DNA of 38,792 nucleotides from Waddliaceae bacterium (GTDB lineage Bacteria; Chlamydiota; Chlamydiia; Chlamydiales; GCA-2709385): NCBI GenBank assembly GCA_002709385.1, contig PAQS01000005.1, positions 39,425 to 78,216 of the forward strand, read 5' to 3'. Shown piece by piece: positions 32,736 to 38,792 of this stretch (position 1 is its first letter; each line of letters starts with the position of its first letter). The notes under the pieces were generated by a model. It saw only the letters and a program-made list of their open reading frames with translations, ran no database searches and was not told where the DNA came from. The position numbers and the translations under genes were made by a program.

Positions 32736-34832
32736 ATGTTTGATGTGAAATCAAAAACTGTTCGAGTTGGCGATATTTCGCTAAGCTTTGAAACAGGACG
32801 GATTGCAAGACAGGCAAATGGGGCTGTTGTTGTTCGTTCTGGAGAGAGCATTGTTTTTGCTTCCGCTTGTGCTGCTAGCACTCCGAATGAAGACCGTACT
32901 TTCCTTCCTCTTCGTGTTGATTACCAAGAAAAATTCTCTTCTGCTGGTAAAACCTTGGGTGGTTTTGTTAAGCGTGAAGGGCGTCCTTCTGAAAGAGAAA
33001 CACTGGTTAGTCGCCTAATTGACCGTCCTATTCGCCCTTTGTTTCCTGAGGGATATTTTTGCGAAACTCAACTTCTTACTTACGTTTGGTCATATGACAA
33101 GGTAAATCAGACAGATATTTTAGCGATTACAGCTGCTTCTGCTGCTTTATTGATTTCGGACATTCCTTTCAGCAAAGCTCTTGCTGGTGTTCGTGTGGGT
33201 TATATTAATGACGAATTTGTGATTAACCCAAGCCCAAGTCAGATGGAAAAATCTGAGTTAGATCTTGTTCTTGCGGGTACAGAAGATGCACTACTCATGA
33301 TTGAGGGGTATGCTGACTTTTTACCTGAAGCTAAGGTATTAGAAGCTCTAGAGACTGGCCACAAAGCGATTAAAACGATCTGTGCTGCTTTAAGTGAATG
33401 GGCGAAGGAAATCGGAAAAGAGAAACACAACGATTGGATTGTAAAAGCTCCAGAAGAGCTTATGGGTCTTGTTGAAAAGGCTGCTGGTCCTGAATTAGTT
33501 GATGCTCTTCAGATCAAAGACAAGCAAGCTCGTGGTGATGCAATTTCTCTTATTAAAGACCGCGTACAGACAGAGCTTTTCCCAGAAGGTGAAGAAGCTA
33601 AGTACCACAAAGCAGATGTCTCGACTACTTTTAAAGAGCTTCAAGCGCGTATTATGCGTGAACGCATTCTTACCCAGCGTGAGCGTGTAGATGGTCGTGG
33701 GCTTGAAGATATTCGTCCAATTTCTATTCAACCTGGGCTTCTTCCTCGTACACACGGTAGTGTTCTTTTCACTCGCGGTGAAACACAAACTCTTGCTGTA
33801 TGTACTTTGGGTAGTGAGAACATGGCTCAACGTTATGAAACGTTGGATGAAGATAGCCTACGTCGCTTTTATCTTCAGTATTTCTTCCCTCCATTCTCTG
33901 TGGGAGAAGTTGGGCGTTCTGGTCCGGCTGGACGCCGAGAAGTCGGCCACGGAAAACTTGCTGAGCGAGCGTTAACTTCTACAGTACCAAGCAAAGAAGA
34001 GTTCCCTTACGTTGTTCGTGTAGAGTCTAACATTACAGAGTCTAACGGATCTTCTTCTATGGCTTCGGTTTGTGGAGGCTGTATTGCTATGATGGATGCT
34101 GGTGTACCAATCAAGCGTCCGGTTGCTGGTATTGCCATGGGATTGATCTTGGAAGGAGAAAACCACGCTGTACTATCTGATATTTTAGGTCTTGAAGACG
34201 CTCTTGGCGATATGGACTTTAAAATTACTGGAGATCAGAACGGTATCACAGCCTTCCAAATGGATATCAAGGTAGAAGGAATTACCATTGACATCATGCG
34301 TCAAGCTCTTGCTCAGGCAGGGCGAGGTATTACTCATATTCTAGGTATCATGAAAGAAGCTTGCCCAACACCTCGTAAAGAGATGTCTAAGTACGCTCCA
34401 CGTATCGTTACCATGAAAATCAACCCAAGTAAGATCGGTAAGCTTGTTGGTCCAGGTGGAAAAACCATCCGTGCTATCACAGCTGATCATGGTGTTGAAA
34501 TCGATATCGCTGAAGACGGAACTGTATCTGTAAGCTCAAATGATGCAAACGGTGTTCAAGCTGCTCTTGATATGATTCACGGGCTTACTGCAGATATCGA
34601 AGTGGGACAAGTCTACGAAGGAAAAGTAACTGGTGTTGTACCTTTCGGTCTTTTTGTAGAAGTGATTCCAGGGCAAGATGGTCTTTGCCATATTTCCGAT
34701 ATCGATCATTCTCGAGTAGAAAACATCGAGAAACTTTTCAAAGAAGGCGAAAGCATTCGAGTAAAAGTAACTGATATCAATGAGCGCGGCCAAATCAAAC
34801 TTAGCCGCAAAGTCCTTCTTCCAAAAGAATAG
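32736..34832 (+). CDS. pnp: Polyribonucleotide nucleotidyltransferase (PNPase).
   Basis: 698 aa with an AGGAGA RBS. Two RNase PH-like domains plus KH (…KIGKLVGPGGKTIRAI…) and S1 (…VYEGKVTGVVPFGLFVEV…) domains. The conserved rpsO-pnp synteny is present. Confidence 0.95.
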   Translation: MFDVKSKTVRVGDISLSFETGRIARQANGAVVVRSGESIVFASACAASTPNEDRTFLPLRVDYQEKFSSAGKTLGGFVKREGRPSERETLVSRLIDRPIRPLFPEGYFCETQLLTYVWSYDKVNQTDILAITAASAALLISDIPFSKALAGVRVGYINDEFVINPSPSQMEKSELDLVLAGTEDALLMIEGYADFLPEAKVLEALETGHKAIKTICAALSEWAKEIGKEKHNDWIVKAPEELMGLVEKAAGPELVDALQIKDKQARGDAISLIKDRVQTELFPEGEEAKYHKADVSTTFKELQARIMRERILTQRERVDGRGLEDIRPISIQPGLLPRTHGSVLFTRGETQTLAVCTLGSENMAQRYETLDEDSLRRFYLQYFFPPFSVGEVGRSGPAGRREVGHGKLAERALTSTVPSKEEFPYVVRVESNITESNGSSSMASVCGGCIAMMDAGVPIKRPVAGIAMGLILEGENHAVLSDILGLEDALGDMDFKITGDQNGITAFQMDIKVEGITIDIMRQALAQAGRGITHILGIMKEACPTPRKEMSKYAPRIVTMKINPSKIGKLVGPGGKTIRAITADHGVEIDIAEDGTVSVSSNDANGVQAALDMIHGLTADIEVGQVYEGKVTGVVPFGLFVEVIPGQDGLCHISDIDHSRVENIEKLFKEGESIRVKVTDINERGQIKLSRKVLLPKE

Positions 34833-34842
34833 TGACTTCTCA

Positions 34843-34878
34843 CCTACTAGACTCTTCTCAACTGAAGAGTCTAGTAGG
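34843..34878 (+). terminator. Perfect 15-bp-stem hairpin (CCTACTAGACTCTTC / GAAGAGTCTAGTAGG) directly after the pnp stop.
   Basis: Palindrome seen directly. The downstream sequence is T-rich (TTTCATTTTTTG) about 12 nt later. Confidence 0.5.
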
Positions 34879-35080
34879 TATCTCTCTGTTTCATTTTTTG
34901 TAAAAGATTGCATGGGCTTTAGGTCGTTTTGCAAAAAATCACCACAGAGTCAATGAGATCACAGAGAAAAACATAAGAGAATACAATCCACGAATATCCA
35001 TGATACATTTTTAAGCAATTTTCAGTGAACTCAGTGCCTCTACGGTGACTCACCCGAAAATGATCACACAAAAACAACCC

Positions 35081-36031
35081 CTAATCCTGTACCACTCGAT
35101 TTTCTTTAATGTAATCTTGCAGTAACTCAAAAGCTTGTCCGTTTTTCAATAAATCTTCATCTATTTCTTGACCAAAGCACCGTCGCCAAAGAAACTGCAT
35201 CTTTTTTCTTACCCAAAAAGACTGAAGAGCCAAACGAACCACATAGATACTCAAAAATGTACTCGCTGCCAAACGCAAAAGAAACCAAGACAAGGAATAT
35301 AAATCCCCTAATACTACCCAATAATACCAAGATACTAAAAACAAAAGAGCTAAGAACAGTGGTGAACGAAACACCCTCAAAAATGAAGACGGTGAGCTTT
35401 CCTTTTTAGGCCTCTGCTCAACCCCACAAATAAGATCCTGATAACGTAAAAAAACTGAAGAAGGAAGAAAATAGGCTGCTAATACAGCACAAATTGCCAG
35501 TATGCTTTTGATTCCCACAAACAAGCCAAAAACCGCCGGCAAAGCCCAAGCATGAGGTAAGGCTTCTGCAGCCAAAAGTACATCTTTTCCGAATAATACT
35601 CCGTAAAAGGCAAATCCTTGAATGCTAGGCCAAATTCCCAAAAGGATAGAACCAAATATGGCTCCTATCAAATTTCTACCAAAAAGCAGAGAACCTAAAT
35701 TAAAAAGAGATCCCTGTATGGCAATTGCGATCATAGGTGTGAGACGCCGACCAGACGGACTTAAACTTTTTAGTAATGCTGCACCTGAAGAAATTTTCAA
35801 TGGCAAAAGCTTCATCTCTCCTTTCGACTGGAAGAGAGCATGACTCAACAAAAAGCTTTGATTTAAAGATAAAAACTGTCCGCGAAAAGGAACCTGCATA
35901 GTATGAAGAAGAGAACCTAAACCTATCTCACTAAGGGAAAGTAGTGCTGTATAAAACAAAAGCAAATCCCCAAGCACTAAGCTGATCCTCCCATACAAGA
36001 GGGAGATTTTCCCAAGTCGCGTCCATGCCAC
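35081..36031 (-). CDS. Polytopic membrane protein of unknown function (316 aa).
   Basis: Multiple hydrophobic helices. Its annotated start overlaps the 3' end of the upstream BolA ORF by 55 nt, so the true start is uncertain. Confidence 0.45.
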   Translation of the reverse strand: MAWTRLGKISLLYGRISLVLGDLLLFYTALLSLSEIGLGSLLHTMQVPFRGQFLSLNQSFLLSHALFQSKGEMKLLPLKISSGAALLKSLSPSGRRLTPMIAIAIQGSLFNLGSLLFGRNLIGAIFGSILLGIWPSIQGFAFYGVLFGKDVLLAAEALPHAWALPAVFGLFVGIKSILAICAVLAAYFLPSSVFLRYQDLICGVEQRPKKESSPSSFLRVFRSPLFLALLFLVSWYYWVVLGDLYSLSWFLLRLAASTFLSIYVVRLALQSFWVRKKMQFLWRRCFGQEIDEDLLKNGQAFELLQDYIKENRVVQD

Positions 36032-36285
36032 TCGACTGGGGTATACAACTCTAAAGCAAGGGCGTGAACTCCCCCATCTAACTCATCAGCTAAAACTTTG
36101 TATACTGAGCGCTGTCTCTGAACTTTTGATTTTCCTTCAAAAGAAACCGAAACAATAAGTACACGAAAATGTGACTCTTGCCCTGCTCGGCCTTTATGCT
36201 GGTCGCTTTCGTTACGCATTTGCAGCTCTTCCGGACGGAGAGCTGCACGTAATTTTTTCTCTATTATAGAAGAAAGAGAAGCCAC
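35977..36285 (-). CDS. bolA: BolA-family protein.
   Basis: …ESHFRVLIVSVSFEGKSKVQRQRSVYKVLADELDGGVHALALELYTPVEW… matches the BolA fold signature. Its start codon overlaps the grxD stop (TAATG). Confidence 0.7.
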   Translation of the reverse strand: MASLSSIIEKKLRAALRPEELQMRNESDQHKGRAGQESHFRVLIVSVSFEGKSKVQRQRSVYKVLADELDGGVHALALELYTPVEWHGRDLGKSPSCMGGSA

Positions 36286-36623
36286 TAACTTAAAATTCCT
36301 TCTTGCTGGAACAACTGCTTTAACTCACCGCTTTGCGCCATTTCAGTTACAATGTCACAACCACCGATGAACTCGCCATTCACATATAATTGAGGAATAG
36401 TAGGCCAATCAGAAAATTCTTTAATTCCTTGTCTCAACTCAGGATCTTCTAAAATATTACGTGATTCAAACTGAATACCGAAATGATTTAAAATCGAAAC
36501 AACTTGGCCAGAAAACCCACACTGAGGCATCGCCGATGTTCCTTTCATATACAACAAAACCTTATTGGCTTTGATGTCTTCTTCTATCTGTTTACGAACT
36601 TCTTCACTTAAAGCCATATTCAC
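36285..36623 (-). CDS. grxD: Monothiol (CGFS-type) glutaredoxin Grx4/GrxD.
   Basis: 112 aa with the active site …MPQCGFSGQVV… and the C-terminal …WPTIPQLYVNGEFIGGCDIV… glutathione-binding region. Confidence 0.9.
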   Translation of the reverse strand: MNMALSEEVRKQIEEDIKANKVLLYMKGTSAMPQCGFSGQVVSILNHFGIQFESRNILEDPELRQGIKEFSDWPTIPQLYVNGEFIGGCDIVTEMAQSGELKQLFQQEGILS

Positions 36624-36650
36624 TCCAAAAATAAACGTTAACTCTCGTTC

Positions 36651-36908
36651 TTACCCTAAATGGTAATCTGCTTTTACTAGATCCCACTTCTCAGGAGAAA
36701 AAGTCTTTAACTGCATCGCATGCACAGCCTCACCATCAAACCTTTCCTTTAAAGCAAGCATCACCAAACGGTGCTGCTTAAGCAAAGGCACATTAGCAAA
36801 CACTTCACTAACCACAATCGCTTGAAAATGCCGCCCATCTGGACTCGCTACATGTACAAATGCTCCAGGTAGCTCTGCCTCAATAGCTTCTTTTATCTGC
36901 TCTAACAA
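36651..36908 (-). CDS. ibaG: BolA-like protein (IbaG/YrbA subfamily).
   Basis: 85 aa; …GRHFQAIVVSEVFANVPLLKQHRLVMLALKERFDGEAVHAMQLKTFSPEKW… is a second BolA-fold paralog immediately upstream of grxD. Confidence 0.65.
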   Translation of the reverse strand: MLEQIKEAIEAELPGAFVHVASPDGRHFQAIVVSEVFANVPLLKQHRLVMLALKERFDGEAVHAMQLKTFSPEKWDLVKADYHLG

Positions 36909-37144
36909 GCCTTCTCTCCTATATCTCCCACTTATTCAAGCCCCAAAGTGTATCTACTTTAACACCTGCTTGTCAAATTATTAGCAAACAATCATTTAGG
37001 AAAACGACTTGAAAATAAAAAGAATTCTGAATTTAGATCTAATGCAGATTAAGACTTAGTAGACTTAAACAATTTATTCTTGTTAAGAGTGAAATAAAAT
37101 AATAAATCAAAGCCCTACTCTTATTTTGGAGCCAGAGAAGCTTA

Positions 37145-38587
37145 ATGAATATAAATGAACGGGGTACTTATTCGCCTCTTGTACGTATCTGGCTTAGCTC
37201 TGTTTGTTTGGTTTGTTTTTGGAATTTTTTCACTGTCCCTTATCGCATTGCATTTGATGTTGAGTTTGAAGGAGTTTGGCGTCAATTAGACTGGATTGGG
37301 GATGGAATTTTGCTTATCGATATTTTTATAAAGCTCAATCGACGTTATAAAGAGAAGAGTAAAGATGTTGATTCTCAAGAACAATTTAATTTCCGTATTG
37401 CTCCTACTGATTTATTAGCTAGTTTACCTATAGATCTTATTATTCTCACCACAGGATATACAATAGGTGGCATTAGCAGCACCTCTGCTTTTTGGCGCAT
37501 CCCCCGTCTTCTCCGCATGCACCACTGTTTTTCTTACCTCTATTCTTGGCGAGATGCTCTTCCTATTTCTCCTAGTATTCTCCGTATTATAAAACTTTTG
37601 CTTATCTTAGCCAGCTCAGCTCATTTAGTTGGCTGTGCTTTCTTCTATACCGCGATACAAGAAGGAGTTAATCGTAACACATGGGTAATAAATGAAGGGC
37701 TTCTTCATACCACTCCATTGACTCAGTATATTCATGCTGTGTACTGGACTATGAGCACGATGACTACGGTAGGTTATGGAGACATTATACCTACGACCAA
37801 TACAGAAATCGTGTTTGCGATGCTCGTTCAAATGATGGGTGCTCTTATGTACTCATTTATCATTGGAAACGTTGTTTCTGCCTTAACTGATTTAGATGCC
37901 ACTGGTGTCTTACTACGCCGCAAGTTGGCTACTCTTGAGTCTTACATGAAACACAGCAACCTACCTTCTGAATTACGAGATAAAATTCGAGGTTATTACC
38001 AGTTTCTTTGGTCTAGACATAAAGATGTTGTCTCTCCTGATTTACTTTCAGATCTTCCACAGTCTCTACGTGTAGACATCTTTAGTTTTCGCTATGCTGA
38101 AATGATTGATAAAGTTCCTCTTTTCCATGGCGCAGAAGAAAAACTGCTTAAAGCGGTTGCACTTCGCCTGCAATCACGCATCGCTGCCCCAGGAGACACT
38201 ATTGTAGAGCGTGGAGAGAAAGGAGAGAGTATGTTTTTTCTTATTAACGGAAGAGCTAGCATTCACTCTGGAGAAAAACAAAAAGCTATTCATTCTGTTG
38301 GAGAAGGTAGTTTTTTTGGCGAAATTGCTTTGTTATATTCGCAAACACGAACAGCAACAGTAGTTGCTGATACCTGGTGCGATATGCTTGTATTAACCAA
38401 AAAAGATTTTGATCATTTACTAGCTTCTTACCCTAAATTTTCATTAGAGATTAGAAAAAACGCTCGAGAAATGTACCGAACAAATTCGTCAGAAGAGACA
38501 AAAGAAGAGTACAAAGCAGAAAGCTGGAAACCTCTTGATTTACTTAAAAGTAAGTCAAAAGATCGCTCTGATAAGTCGAGTACTTAG
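37145..38587 (+). CDS. Cyclic-nucleotide-regulated potassium channel (MloK1-like): 6-TM voltage-sensor-like and pore region plus a C-terminal cNMP-binding domain.
   Basis: K+ selectivity filter TMTTVGYGDIIPT. S4-like RIPRLLRM. C-terminal CNB motifs (…GESMFFLINGRASI… and FGEIALLYSQTRTATVVA). Confidence 0.8.
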   Translation: MNINERGTYSPLVRIWLSSVCLVCFWNFFTVPYRIAFDVEFEGVWRQLDWIGDGILLIDIFIKLNRRYKEKSKDVDSQEQFNFRIAPTDLLASLPIDLIILTTGYTIGGISSTSAFWRIPRLLRMHHCFSYLYSWRDALPISPSILRIIKLLLILASSAHLVGCAFFYTAIQEGVNRNTWVINEGLLHTTPLTQYIHAVYWTMSTMTTVGYGDIIPTTNTEIVFAMLVQMMGALMYSFIIGNVVSALTDLDATGVLLRRKLATLESYMKHSNLPSELRDKIRGYYQFLWSRHKDVVSPDLLSDLPQSLRVDIFSFRYAEMIDKVPLFHGAEEKLLKAVALRLQSRIAAPGDTIVERGEKGESMFFLINGRASIHSGEKQKAIHSVGEGSFFGEIALLYSQTRTATVVADTWCDMLVLTKKDFDHLLASYPKFSLEIRKNAREMYRTNSSEETKEEYKAESWKPLDLLKSKSKDRSDKSST

Positions 38588-38719
38588 TTATATTGCCTCA
38601 ACATTTACTGAGAAATTCTATAAATAGTCTTGCCACTACCGTGGCGATATATTTTTTGATTCTCTTTTCCCAGAGCTAAAGCACTTGTCATTACCCAAAT
38701 TTTTTAAGTATTGATAGGC

Positions 38720-38792
38720 ATGACTAAACGAGCTCCTTCAACAAGTGACTTTAGACATGCCCAACCACGCCATAATGTTAGCAAGCCTGGTG
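38720..38792 (+). CDS. Possible 5' end of a gene running off the right edge (MTKRAPSTSDFRHAQPRHNVSKPG…).
   Basis: ATG with a weak upstream RBS; only 24 codons are visible, and it is preceded by a small hairpin plus T-run at about 38632-38660. Confidence 0.2.
   Translation, partial: MTKRAPSTSDFRHAQPRHNVSKPG

Overview
This is a 38.8-kb window of low-GC (about 35%) bacterial chromosome with the gene content of an amoeba-associated (environmental) member of the Chlamydiae. It encodes a CPAF-like S41 protease, RNase HIII, and many proteins with eukaryote-like domains. About 30 protein genes are packed on both strands. The housekeeping core is rnhC-(small membrane protein)-recN, a NAD(P) malic enzyme, tadA, rpsO-pnp with an intervening intrinsic terminator, and a BolA/Grx4(CGFS)/BolA cluster. 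Between and around these lies an accessory, host-interaction-like set: an LRR protein, a membrane-anchored Fic (AMPylase-type) protein, an SLC12/CCC-like transporter, two tandem paralogous small acidic proteins, and an Asn/Lys-rich low-complexity protein. The same set includes a frameshift-disrupted ankyrin-repeat gene, a 189-bp MITE-like element with 33-bp terminal inverted repeats, a eukaryotic-type USP (C19) deubiquitinase, a rhomboid-like protein that appears to lack the catalytic dyad, and an MloK1-like cyclic-nucleotide-gated K+ channel. A short palindromic intergenic repeat family (core CCTAATCTCGCAT...ATTCGGCTTGCAT) occurs at three loci. No rRNA, tRNA or CRISPR arrays were recognised. 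All calls are from reading the sequence and motif recognition by eye; no database searches were run.
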